Shown: one piece after another, positions 17,480 to 26,441 of the stretch
How the letters are laid out: each line of letters starts with the position of its first letter
Position numbering within the stretch: the stretch's first letter is position 1
From: Pyrolobus fumarii 1A
GTDB lineage: Archaea > Thermoproteota > Thermoprotei_A > Sulfolobales > Pyrodictiaceae
Assembly: GCF_000223395.1 (NCBI RefSeq)
Contig: NC_015931.1
Span: 450,001-482,000 of the forward strand
Direction: 5' to 3'
DNA length: 32,000 bases
Notes under the pieces: generated by a model
What the model was told of the DNA's origin: nothing
The model's input: only the letters and a program-made list of their open reading frames with translations
Database searches by the model: none
Program-made: the position numbers and the translations under genes

Positions 17480-18670
17480 CTAGGCGCCTGGGATGCCCCT
17501 GCCGATCGCCTCGCGTAGCCACGTGGGGCCCGCCGCGCCGGTTAGGGACGCGAGCGCCGCCAACGCGACGCGGTTAGCTGGCGCGATGCTGTCTAGCGCG
17601 CCGCACGGCCCGCCGCCCCCGCACTCCCCTACCCCCTCCTCCACCTCTACCCTCGTATCCACCTCCCCACACTCCCTATTCCACTCGTAAACCCCTAGGT
17701 ACTCGCCACACCCCAGCTGGAGCACGTTCAGCCTGGTCAGGTGTTTTAGTAGCGAGTGGTGCTCGGGTGGCAGCGAGTAAGCCTCCTCGAGGGGCATGGG
17801 GCCCTCCACGAGGCGCATGAGCACGTCCCGCGCCTCGCCCCGCCGTGCAGCGGCCAGCGCCTCTAGCACGGCGCGCTTGTATGCTCTCAGCCTCCTGCGG
17901 TAAGCCGCCCTAGGCGAGCTGGACGCGAGCACCTCCTGGATCAACGCGGGGTGCCCGCCAACCACGTCTAGAAGCTCGTCATGCTCCCTCGCGTTGAGGG
18001 CCTCGGCTAGGCTCCTGGCGTCGACGCGCGTCATCTCGCCGAGGTAGAAGGTGTCGAGGTAGTCCACGCCGGGGGCCTCCCGGTACAGCGTCTCGTATAG
18101 CCCGTAGTCGCTGGTGACCAGGAGGGCGCGGAAGGAGTAAGGGTGCTGCTCTTGTAGCGTGGCGAGCAGCTTCACAAAGCTCCACACGTGGAGCCCTAGG
18201 CCCGTGATGAGGTTCTGCGCCTCGTCTATAACGAGGACGAGCTTCACACCCTCCCTCTCACACCTCTCGACGGCGGCGGACAGGGCGTCACCGATGACCT
18301 CCAGTGGCGTCCTAGGGGGCGCCACCCTACCCAGATCGACACCCATCTTCTCGCGCAGGATCGAGGCCACAGCCTCCACAAGAGCCCTCCTAGCGAGGCC
18401 GCCGACACCCTCCAGGCTAGACACGAGCCTCCCAGCCAACAGCCTAACGTCGCGCACCGGCTCGAGAAGCTGGAGGTATACCACCAGGTACGCCCGGGGG
18501 TCTAGACGCTCGCGGAGACTAGACGCCAGGGTAGACTTCCCGATGCCACTGGGCCCCACGAGCACCGTGACGAGCCGCGAGCCCCTCTCTTCGACAAGCT
18601 CCTCCAGCCTCCGCAGCTCAACCTCCCTACCAACAATCCTCAACCAGCCGCAACCCCCGGCGCGGTACAC
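17480..18670 (-). CDS. Archaeal AAA+ ATPase (Arch_ATPase/PF01637-like), the second copy in the window
   Basis: The N-terminus reads IVGREVELRRLEELVEE..LVTVLVGPSGIGKSTL (Walker A). LVLVIDEAQNL is Walker B. The length is 396 aa. Confidence 0.8.
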   Translation of the reverse strand: MYRAGGCGWLRIVGREVELRRLEELVEERGSRLVTVLVGPSGIGKSTLASSLRERLDPRAYLVVYLQLLEPVRDVRLLAGRLVSSLEGVGGLARRALVEAVASILREKMGVDLGRVAPPRTPLEVIGDALSAAVERCEREGVKLVLVIDEAQNLITGLGLHVWSFVKLLATLQEQHPYSFRALLVTSDYGLYETLYREAPGVDYLDTFYLGEMTRVDARSLAEALNAREHDELLDVVGGHPALIQEVLASSSPRAAYRRRLRAYKRAVLEALAAARRGEARDVLMRLVEGPMPLEEAYSLPPEHHSLLKHLTRLNVLQLGCGEYLGVYEWNRECGEVDTRVEVEEGVGECGGGGPCGALDSIAPANRVALAALASLTGAAGPTWLREAIGRGIPGA

Positions 18671-19487
18671 GGGACACCCAGAGCTAAACCAGCAATCCCC
18701 GGAGCGAGCCGCCGGGTCGCCACGCGCGACACCCGGCTCGAATACCGCGGTTGGCCGCCGACACGGTGGTCGGGGCCATGTGCATGGTGGAGGCTATGCC
18801 ATGCCCCACCCGCGAGTGGCTAGAGAGGATGTTGTCTGCCGCGCGTAGCGTCTCGAGGGGGACCCGAGACCTCAGCTAGACTCACGGTCGCCGGTCCCCC
18901 GCGGCGCGTCACGCGCCACCGAGACCACACCATGCTCACGATGGCGCGCTGGAGGGTAGAGCCAGGCCACATCGAGAGAATCTCGAGGCACTACCCGGGG
19001 CTAGCCAAGCTCATACTCGAAGCCCTCATCCCCAGAGACGAGCTGCACAGCCACGCTCATAGAAGAGACAGCCAACATGCCAAGCGTCGAAGCCATGCAC
19101 CCCCATAGAGCAGTGCCGCGAAGAGGGTTACGAAGGAGGGCATCGGGGCATCCTAGGCCCCGCAGAGCTTTGCCGTTTCAAGGCGTCTGGAGGTTGCGGA
19201 GACGCGGCGGGAAAACGCTAGCCGTAGAGGGGCTTGAGCAGCTCCACGGCCCGCGATCACCACACCGGGCGCTCTACGCGGTTCTCAGAAGCTCGCGTCA
19301 AGGCCCGAGAGCCGCCACGCCAAGCTAGAACAAGACCAAGGTCCAATGCCGCGGTGTAACGCATCCATCCGCCGAGAGGCTGCTAGCAGCCTGGCGCCTC
19401 GGGCCCCTCGGCCCCTACTTCGTCCCCCTGCACGGGGGGGCATCCGGGGCCTTCACAGGGGCTCCCTCATCCCGTACTATACTCACC

Positions 19488-20111
19488 GTGCGGCTCCGTT
19501 ATAGGTGTTTGAGTGTTGCCGGGCGCAAGGGCGGGGGCTTGAAAGCTGTCAAAGTCGCTTGTTTCGCCGATGAGGGTGGCTCCTTCACGCCATGTAGTAG
19601 CGTCTGCGTTGCTCTCGTGTGCTTCGAGAAGGACGCTAGCCTTGATGCCACGCCGGGCGGGCTCTACGAGAGGCTGGCTGGGCTCCTCGGCTGGCGCCGG
19701 GGCGAGCTTAAATGGAGGAGTGTGAAGAAGGCTGCGAGGCGCAGGGGCCTGGATGTATCGGGTGTTCTCGGGGCTATACTCGAGGCCAGCCTCTGTTACA
19801 GTGTCGTGAGGGGGCATGTGGGGTCTAGTAGTGAGACCGGCTTGGTGAAGGGGGAGCTTCTCCTCGAGGCAGTGTCAAGAGTCTCCGGGTGCATGCGCGG
19901 CTACAGCGTCTCGCTCGTTGTCGACGCTCACCTGGCTGGTAGCGGTACCGTTAGGCGTGCCGGGAGGGTACTAGGCGCGGGCTACACGAGGATCGGCGAT
20001 AGTAGGGTGTATCGCGGCGTTCAGCTTGCAGATCTCCTGGCGGGCGCGTGTAGCGAGGGTCTCCTCGACCCCGGCTGGGGCTGCCGCGTAGCCCCGACAA
20101 GCCGGGGGTAG
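19488..20111 (+). CDS. DUF3800-like protein (true start probably the TTG at 19539)
   Basis: VKVACFADEGGS resembles the N-terminal D-E-S/G-G motif. The C-terminal IGDSRVYRGVQLADLLAG resembles the DS....QlADl motif of DUF3800. The first 17 codons of the listed ORF look non-coding. Confidence 0.5.
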   Translation: MRLRYRCLSVAGRKGGGLKAVKVACFADEGGSFTPCSSVCVALVCFEKDASLDATPGGLYERLAGLLGWRRGELKWRSVKKAARRRGLDVSGVLGAILEASLCYSVVRGHVGSSSETGLVKGELLLEAVSRVSGCMRGYSVSLVVDAHLAGSGTVRRAGRVLGAGYTRIGDSRVYRGVQLADLLAGACSEGLLDPGWGCRVAPTSRG

Positions 20112-20122
20112 CTGGGCTGTAG

Positions 20123-20508
20123 CGCGGGTCGCCGATTTGCAAGTCTTTCGTCTCCTCGGCGGCGAGTGCCGGGTGTGTAGAGTCGGGGGAGATCGACTGT
20201 AAGGTTGACGCGCTGGCCGTGATCCGTGACCCGAGTGGATCGGTGACTATCGTGTCGGGGGCTATGGTCGGCGGGGAGTGTGTGGGGCCTTACCGTGCCC
20301 TGGCTAGCGACGTCCTAGACCCGGGTGTAGTCGGGCTCCTCGCCCGCGTGGCCCGCATCCTCGCTGATGCCGGGTGCCGGTGGTGACCCGTTCGAGCCTA
20401 GAGCGCGACTATACACTAGTCCCGAGCGGTCTCGCCGGCCGCGCCGTCCGGGCGCTCCGCGAGAACGGCTTCACGGTCCTGGGGGAGGGTAGGGCTAGGC
20501 TAGGGTGA
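20123..20508 (+). pseudogene. Decayed ACT-domain (ACT_7-like) gene with no start codon and one frameshift
   Basis: My translation gives ...DALAVIRDPSGSVTIVSGAMVGGECVGPYRALASDVLDPGVVGLLARVARILADAGCRW* (stop at 20384-20386). It continues in another frame as PVVTRSSLERDYTLVPSGLAGRAVRALRENGFTVLGEG* (stop at 20506-20508). Joined, this matches the ACT_7 pattern L.eaG(I/V)pv..iSt.erDYiLV....l..A..aL...Gf.v. The frame change sits at the ggg run near 20372-20374. Confidence 0.4.
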
Positions 20509-20785
20509 CTCCGGGTTTGGGCTTCGCGCCGGGTATGTTGGCGCCCTCGCCTATCACTATCCTCGTCTCCCACGTATGGTCGTGGACGAGTATGATGTCG
20601 ACCCGGTCCGTCACCGGGTCTATTATCCTCTTCAGCGCCGCCGCCACCTGCCTCGCCTTCTCCCTCCCGCCCCTCGCCGCATAGAGGCTCCTCTGGATCC
20701 TCTGGAAGCCCATGGAGAGTAGGAGCTTCGCAGCCCTATCCCTCTTGTAGTCGTCGCTTATGTCATAGGCGACTATCACTATCAC
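20495..20785 (-). CDS. cas2: Cas2
   Basis: MIVIVAYDISDDYKRDRAAKLL..GFQRIQRSLY is a classic Cas2 ferredoxin-fold N-terminus. The protein is 96 aa and lies directly downstream of cas1. Confidence 0.9.
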   Translation of the reverse strand: MIVIVAYDISDDYKRDRAAKLLLSMGFQRIQRSLYAARGGREKARQVAAALKRIIDPVTDRVDIILVHDHTWETRIVIGEGANIPGAKPKPGVTLA

Positions 20786-20787
20786 GG

Positions 20788-21807
20788 CTACCTCACCGCC
20801 TCGCGGAACGGCGCGTACATGGAGCCGCTGCGCACCGCCTGCGCGAGGAGCCTAGCGTGCCTCGCCATGTGCCTCTCTAGGGTGTCGCTCTTGCCCGTCG
20901 CCCCGTCCCTCACAACCCTCTCCCTCACCCACCTCGCGTACTCCGCTACCAGCCTCGAGCGCGTCTCCGCATCCATGAGGCCGGTTTGCGGGTCTCTCAC
21001 CGGCCTCCATCCGCCCGCGAGCAGCTTGTAGGCCAGGCGGTCGACTGCCGAGACCCTGAAGAGTTCCGCGAAGTCGTATACTAGGGTTGGGCGCCCGCTC
21101 CTATCCGCGTGGATGAAGCCCACGTAGGGGTCCAGCCCGTACATGACGAGGTAGCGGTGTACCCACGCGTAGAGGAGCGCGTAGAGGTAGTTGAGGATCG
21201 TGTTCATCGGGTCTGGGGAGTCGTGGTTCCTCCCCTGGAACCCCACGTCGCCCGGCAGGAGGGCGGCGAGCGCACCCCAGTACCTCCTCGCGGCGTGCGC
21301 CTCCAGCACACGCAGCCTATCGACGCTATCCTCGCCCAGAGCCCTCCTGGCGTACTCCTCGATCCTCTCGGCCTCGTCTCGAAGCCAGGCCTCGCCCCTC
21401 TCGAGCGCCAGGCTCCGGAGGAACCCAGCCTGGTTGAGCATCTTCCCGTAGACTATGCTCTTGGCCACCGCGAGCCTCGAGGAGGGGTCCGTAGCGGCCC
21501 TATACTGGGCTATCCTCGTCTCGCTCGTCCTGCTCACCCACGGGGGTGTGAGGGTAACCACCGGGTTGCCACGGGCGTCTAGGAACAGGATGTCTATCCC
21601 GAGCCTCGCCAGCCTCCTCACCGCCGAGCTCGTAATACTCACCTGCGACGTGACTATCACGATGCGGTCTACCTCCGCGATAGGCACGACGCTCCGGCTC
21701 CTACCCCCGCCATCCACAGACTCGACCACTATCGCCCCGCGGTGCACGCGCAGCCTGGCGCCCCTAGCGGAGACCACCAGCACCCGGGGAGCCCCGTCTC
21801 CTCCCAA
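20788..21807 (-). CDS. cas1: Cas1 integrase
   Basis: Cas1 motifs are present: LEAHAARRYW, MNTILNYLYALLY, GFIHADRSGRPTLVYDFAELFR. The length is 339 aa. Confidence 0.95.
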   Translation of the reverse strand: MGGDGAPRVLVVSARGARLRVHRGAIVVESVDGGGRSRSVVPIAEVDRIVIVTSQVSITSSAVRRLARLGIDILFLDARGNPVVTLTPPWVSRTSETRIAQYRAATDPSSRLAVAKSIVYGKMLNQAGFLRSLALERGEAWLRDEAERIEEYARRALGEDSVDRLRVLEAHAARRYWGALAALLPGDVGFQGRNHDSPDPMNTILNYLYALLYAWVHRYLVMYGLDPYVGFIHADRSGRPTLVYDFAELFRVSAVDRLAYKLLAGGWRPVRDPQTGLMDAETRSRLVAEYARWVRERVVRDGATGKSDTLERHMARHARLLAQAVRSGSMYAPFREAVR

Positions 21808-21822
21808 CCAGCGCCACCCCCG

Positions 21823-22692
21823 CTACGGGGCGCACACGAGGCGCATCGGGCACTGGTCGGGGCACCTAGGAGGCCTCCCAGGGTCCACCTGCGACACGAC
21901 GATCTCCGCAGCCTCGTCGCGCGCAGTGAGGAACTCGGCTCGCTCCTCGTTACCGATGTAGACGGGCTCCAGGGTCAACCTAGAGCCATCGCCGTTCACG
22001 AGTATGACGAGGCCATAGTCGAAGGGTATCTCGAGGCTAGCCTCCAAGGCCATCGCGTAGCCCGCGAGCGCCACCGGGTAGTCGCGGCTCCACCTCCCAT
22101 ACTTCACCTCGACGACAAGCCCGGGGGCCAGTGCATCCACCCGAAGCCTCCTGGAGAGCCCCAGCAGACCCCCGTCGACCTCATACTCTGTTATCCAGGG
22201 CGGCGCCCCAGTCTCCTCCATCCACTGGGCCCACGCGAACACCATCTTCTTGTACACGCGCGCCGCGAAGACGGCGATGCCGTCACCGTCTCCCTCTATA
22301 CCGGCAGACTCGAGTATCACGGAGGCCCTCTCACGCGCGCCGCCCACGAGCTCGGCCACGGCGTCCTCGGTGCTCTTCCCCTCGCCCAGGACGAGCCTAG
22401 AGAGGTCACGCGCAGCCAGCCTGAAAGCCTCGTGGACGATCCGCCCCTTGAGCATCGCCTCGGTGGGTTGCCCTCGGAGCCCGCGGACCCTCCGGAGCCA
22501 GAGGTCACGCCGGGTCGGGCAGTAGCGGTACGCGACCTCAGACACCCCGAGCCCCACGAAGTACCTCGGCTTTACCGGGCTACTGTGCCAGCTCCACCCC
22601 CGGTACCGCTCCTCGACGGGATCAGCAGCCCGCAGTAGGTGCAGCTTGCGGAGCGCTCGGGCGAGCGACGAGGCCGCGAGCAGAGCAGGCAC
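21823..22692 (-). CDS. csa1: Csa1/Cas4'-type Cas4-family nuclease
   Basis: Motifs present: YRYCPTRRDLWL (N-terminal Cys), VDALAPGLVVEVKYG (D...ExK), YPVALAGYAMAL, and the C-terminal RCPDQCPMRLVC. The size of 289 aa and the position upstream of cas1-cas2, divergent from csa3, match the type I-A csa1-cas1-cas2 arrangement. Confidence 0.7.
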   Translation of the reverse strand: MPALLAASSLARALRKLHLLRAADPVEERYRGWSWHSSPVKPRYFVGLGVSEVAYRYCPTRRDLWLRRVRGLRGQPTEAMLKGRIVHEAFRLAARDLSRLVLGEGKSTEDAVAELVGGARERASVILESAGIEGDGDGIAVFAARVYKKMVFAWAQWMEETGAPPWITEYEVDGGLLGLSRRLRVDALAPGLVVEVKYGRWSRDYPVALAGYAMALEASLEIPFDYGLVILVNGDGSRLTLEPVYIGNEERAEFLTARDEAAEIVVSQVDPGRPPRCPDQCPMRLVCAP

Positions 22693-22867
22693 CCAAAAGG
22701 TATTACCATATTAGGGGTGGTAACACCGCGCCACGTACACCCCCATCAAAGCGAATCATAAACCACGGTCCATCCACGGTAATACCGCTACTAGCCTGGA
22801 CCATGGGCTCTGAACGCCATCGGCCAGCCCCGGTAATAGCCGCCGGTACTACCAGACGCCCACAACG
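22693..22867. promoter_or_regulatory. Divergent csa1 / csa3 promoter region carrying GGTAnTAnC-type boxes
   Basis: Boxes found: ggtattacc 22699-22707, ggtaacacc 22719-22727, ggtaatacc(gctactagcctggacc) 22778-22802, ggtaatagc 22832-22840, ggtactacc 22845-22853. They are related to the leader boxes. Confidence 0.45.
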
Positions 22868-23542
22868 GTGGGACACATCGAGGCGCTACTCTACGTCATC
22901 CAGGCTAGCCCGGAGGGAGCCATACAACACGTGATCCGCCACCGCCACGCGGATACCGTGATAGTCGCGGTGCCAGCGCCGCCAACAAGAGCAGCACTAC
23001 TAGCCTACCACGAGATACGCCTGGTGGCCACGAGGCTAGGCTACCAGGACGCACACCTCATACAACTGCCGGTGGCCAACCCCCCGCTAGCCACACACGA
23101 AGCTTACAAGGCGGTGAGAGACTACAACGCGATACACGCCCTGATAAACGCCCCGCCAGCCATGGCGATACCCGTCTACACCGCACTACTCCTACACGCC
23201 CTGACGAACAACGCGCGCATCACCATAACGCTGGCCACGCTAGACCCCCAACAACCCTACACGACACTAACACTAGATCCAGTCACTACCATAATCACCG
23301 GGAGAGGCCTAGCCTCAACAAGGGCGCGGATAGCCCACCTGCTCCTACAGGAGGGCAGAACAACACCAACAAGAGCAGCACAACACCTAAACATATCAAA
23401 GACAACCGCAGAGAAACACCTCCGCTGGCTCAGGAACAAACAACTAGCAAACCAGGCACACGGCAACATCTACACACCAACACCATGGCTAAAACTACAC
23501 CACGAAATACACTGGAAACAAGCCAAGAGTCGAAAAGCATAA
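22868..23542 (+). CDS. csa3: Csa3-like transcriptional regulator (CARF-like N-terminal domain plus C-terminal winged HTH)
   Basis: The protein is 224 aa. The C-terminal IAHLLLQEGRTTPTRAAQHLNISKTTAEKHLRWLRNKQLA is a wHTH. The N-terminal beta-alpha-beta pattern (VIVAVPAP..., ALINAPPAMAIPVYTALLL) fits a Csa3 CARF domain with a degenerate loop motif. The gene is divergent from csa1-cas1-cas2, as in Sulfolobus. It has a GTG start. Confidence 0.7.
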   Translation: MGHIEALLYVIQASPEGAIQHVIRHRHADTVIVAVPAPPTRAALLAYHEIRLVATRLGYQDAHLIQLPVANPPLATHEAYKAVRDYNAIHALINAPPAMAIPVYTALLLHALTNNARITITLATLDPQQPYTTLTLDPVTTIITGRGLASTRARIAHLLLQEGRTTPTRAAQHLNISKTTAEKHLRWLRNKQLANQAHGNIYTPTPWLKLHHEIHWKQAKSRKA

Positions 23543-23597
23543 GCCAAGCCCTCACGAAATCCTTTTTCCACCCTTCAGCGTAACGCTTCTAACCCCT

Positions 23598-23614
23598 GGT
23601 ACTACCGGTGGACC
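23598..23614 (+). promoter_or_regulatory. Leader box GGTACTACC-N3-GGACC (distal copy, array 2)
   Basis: The box reads ggtactaccggtggacc, embedded in taacccctggtactaccggtggaccgt. Confidence 0.5.
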
Positions 23615-23697
23615 GTTGCCTATGGGACTATGACTGGTTGAGAGTAGCACAAGACCGCTGTAAACTCATACTTAAGCTTTTCTCTGCTTATAAACCC

Positions 23698-23714
23698 GGT
23701 ACTACCGCTGGACC
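23698..23714 (+). promoter_or_regulatory. Leader box GGTACTACC-N3-GGACC (proximal copy, array 2)
   Basis: The box reads ggtactaccgctggacc, embedded in taaacccggtactaccgctggaccgt. It is 100 bp from the distal copy and 112 bp from repeat 1. Confidence 0.5.
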
Positions 23715-23784
23715 GTCCCGCAAGGGCACCGTTGAAGCCCATTACACCTCCCCAACCACAGAAACAAAGACAACAGAGAAAAAG

Positions 23785-23791
23785 ATAAATA
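23785..23791 (+). promoter_or_regulatory. TATA-box-like ATAAATA of the array-2 leader promoter
   Basis: In gagaaaaagATAAATAggagag, the element lies 36-42 nt upstream of the first repeat at 23827. Confidence 0.55.
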
Positions 23792-23826
23792 GGAGAGAGA
23801 CCTTACAACCACACGGCAAGCGTGCA

Positions 23827-25977
23827 GAAACAACCAAGAATGAATTGAAAGGCGGAGGTAGAACCAGGCGCGTAGGAGGCGCCTGTAAAAACTCTGAAAC
23901 AACCAAGAATGAATTGAAAGCATTGACGTATCTAGGTTCCCACCCACAGACGTGCCCCTCTGATGAAACAACCAAGAATGAATTGAAAGGCAGCATGGGC
24001 ACCAACTCTGGGACTCGCTAAGGTGGAAGTTCTTGAAACAACCAAGAATGAATTGAAAGGTGGCGGTTCACCGCCGCATAAAGAAGGACAAAGCGAAGGC
24101 GAAACAACCAAGAATGAATTGAAAGGAGCGTCACGACCTCGCCGGCGTTCCTGGTCTCCGGGAGATGCAGAAACAACCAAGAATGAATTGAAAGTCAACC
24201 AGCTCATCAATCACCTTGAACTTCTCCTCAAGCCTCCTACGAAACAACCAAGAATGAATTGAAAGGACACTAATGACATTAGCGGGTTTGATTGACAGGT
24301 TGACACGGGAAACAACCAAGAATGAATTGAAAGAGACGGTGACCCGTGTGAGTGTAGAACTGATTACAGGCTCGTCTGAAACAACCAAGAATGAATTGAA
24401 AGCGGGATGATACAGGGCAGGAGGAGCAGCGGCCTGGGCTGCAGGGGAAACAACCAAGAATGAATTGAAAGCCCCCACTGGGCCCGGTTCGGGCGGTTAC
24501 CGCCTCATAGACGGAGAAACAACCAAGAATGAATTGAAAGTTTCGTTGTTCTTTTCCACGCTCATCCAACCCACCGAGTGACTCATCATGAAACAACCAA
24601 GAATGAATTGAAAGATTCCCGTTCCCAGGCCGGGGCTCGGGGCTAGGCTCTGGCTCGGGCTCCTGAAACAACCAAGAATGAATTGAAAGACATTCTCGAA
24701 CGCGTCTATGGGCACAATGAGATTGCGGAGTTCGGAAACAACCAAGAATGAATTGAAAGCGATCGCGAGGATAATCCCGTTACGTAAAGCAACGATGTGA
24801 AACAACCAAGAATGAATTGAAAGGCCTACGCATGAGCTCGGGGTGGGCCACGGCCAACACCACGGAAACAACCAAGAATGAATTGAAAGGATCAGCTTCA
24901 ACGTGATGATCCTGGCCTTGTCCACCTGGTCGCTGAAACAACCAAGAATGAATTGAAAGCTCTCGGGTATTTCTCGGCGCCGTAGTGCCCCTCGGGCTTG
25001 AAGCGCGTGAAACAACCAAGAATGAATTGAAAGAACCACCTTGCCGGTTACCACACCCGCGGTTATGATCTTGGAAACAACCAAGAATGAATTGAAAGTT
25101 ATCGGTGCCACGCCGCGCCACCCACCTGACACTACCACCGAAACAACCAAGAATGAATTGAAAGGAACTGGTGGCACGCATACTGGTACGCTCAGCAGTA
25201 CGCTCGAGAAACAACCAAGAATGAATTGAAAGCACAAGGGCTGGTACACTAGCGTCGAGCACTCTGGAGGCGGAGAAACAACCAAGAATGAATTGAAAGC
25301 TCGATAGTATTTTTCATAGCTTTCAGATTACTCTTGAGCTCGTGAAACAACCAAGAATGAATTGAAAGTATCGTCACTTTATCTTTTAGGTTTGGCGTTA
25401 CAGCCCAGTAGGAAACAACCAAGAATGAATTGAAAGGTGATACTCGCTGTGGGGATTAGCGTTGGGACGGCGCTCGCGGCGAAGAAACAACCAAGAATGA
25501 ATTGAAAGGCGTTATACCAGCGCCGATTGACGCGCTCGGGCGCTTCTAGGAAACAACCAAGAATGAATTGAAAGCATAACTGAGAACCCAGCGCTCAAGG
25601 CGTTGTACGAGCGTAACGAAACAACCAAGAATGAATTGAAAGTTGAGGGGCTTGCACTCTATATCCAGGTGAACCCTAGTCGATGAAACAACCAAGAATG
25701 AATTGAAAGTAATTCTCCTGGTAACGCCGCTCGCAACCCCCAGTGTAGCTCCTGAAACAACCAAGAATGAATTGAAAGTTTTAGCTAGGAGCGGCCACGC
25801 TGCAACGTATTGCGATATGAGAAACAACCAAGAATGAATTGAAAGGATGACGATTGATATATGGCGGCGTGCGCGGTATGGAGAGGAAACAACCAAGAAT
25901 GAATTGAAAGCAGTCGCCGTCGTACGGCTGGTGGTTGATGTAGCCGCGTGGGGAAACAACCAAGAATGAATTGAAAG
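23827..25977 (+). CRISPR. CRISPR array 2: 32 repeats and 31 spacers, transcribed from the plus strand
   Basis: The repeat GAAACAACCAAGAATGAATTGAAAG was located by hand at 32 positions (23827 to 25953). Spacers are 39-50 bp. The leader is immediately upstream. Confidence 0.98.
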
Positions 25978-26441
25978 TAGCCTTTTTGCTGACAGTTATG
26001 TTCTTCCTGAACATTTCTACTTTTCATTTTAGGCTTTCAGAAGTTGCTTAACCGTGATGGGCCAGAGTTTCACGCTAGATTACGGTATGCGCCTGGCTCT
26101 AAAGGCTACCAGCCCATACTGTCGCCCACTTGTCGCGAGGAGCCAGGCTGCGGTCTTCCGTTTTATCTACCGGTATAGTCTTCGACGCCGGGATACCCCA
26201 TGTCAAAGATGGTTTTCGTGAGGTATGTTCTCGAGAAGGTTCCAAGATGCCAGGGAAGATTGGGGTCAGGAGGAGGGGCTGGGTTGTGGCGTTCAAGCCT
26301 CGAGGCCAAGTCAGCTCCTCTGTGAACTCGGAGGAGAGAAAGAGTTGCCACGCTAGCAACGGAGTGATACGTGAAGCATCTACTATAAGGTTATAAGAAA
26401 AGGAGAGGTTTACATACACTACATGCTTTGACGACGTTGGT

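Larger units (their letters stand above)
23518..23826 (+). promoter_or_regulatory. Leader of array 2 (309 bp). Its first 25 nt are the last codons of csa3
   Basis: See the array-1 leader. The homology begins inside csa3 at acaagccaagagtcgaaaagcataa (Q-A-K-S-R-K-A-stop). Confidence 0.75.

Noticed and set aside
19538-19575. The sequence cttgaaag...gcttgtttc resembles the handle end and the start of a degenerate repeat, suggesting a possible solitary psi-repeat or mini-array.
   Set aside because: Similarity is limited to 7-8 nt at each side, and the segment lies within the conserved N-terminal coding part of the DUF3800-like gene.
25300-26050. The array-2 spacer at 25300-25343 (..tatttttcatagctttcagatta..) resembles the sequence just downstream of the array (26018-26045, ..tacttttcattttaggctttcagaag..). 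This raised the idea of a CreTA-like self-targeting regulatory pair.
   Set aside because: The match needs an indel and covers only short AT-rich segments (about 9 + 10 nt). That is within chance expectation for low-complexity AT-rich DNA. I could find no flanking degenerate repeats or handle.
26099-26419. ORFs 26099-26419 (minus, 106 aa) and 26130-26396 (plus, 88 aa) lie in the gap between array 2 and cas3''. I considered them as a possible cas6 or csa5.
   Set aside because: They are too short for Cas6, mutually overlapping, and carry no recognisable motif. Coding potential is unclear, so I leave them uncalled. The region may simply be a trailer or terminator.
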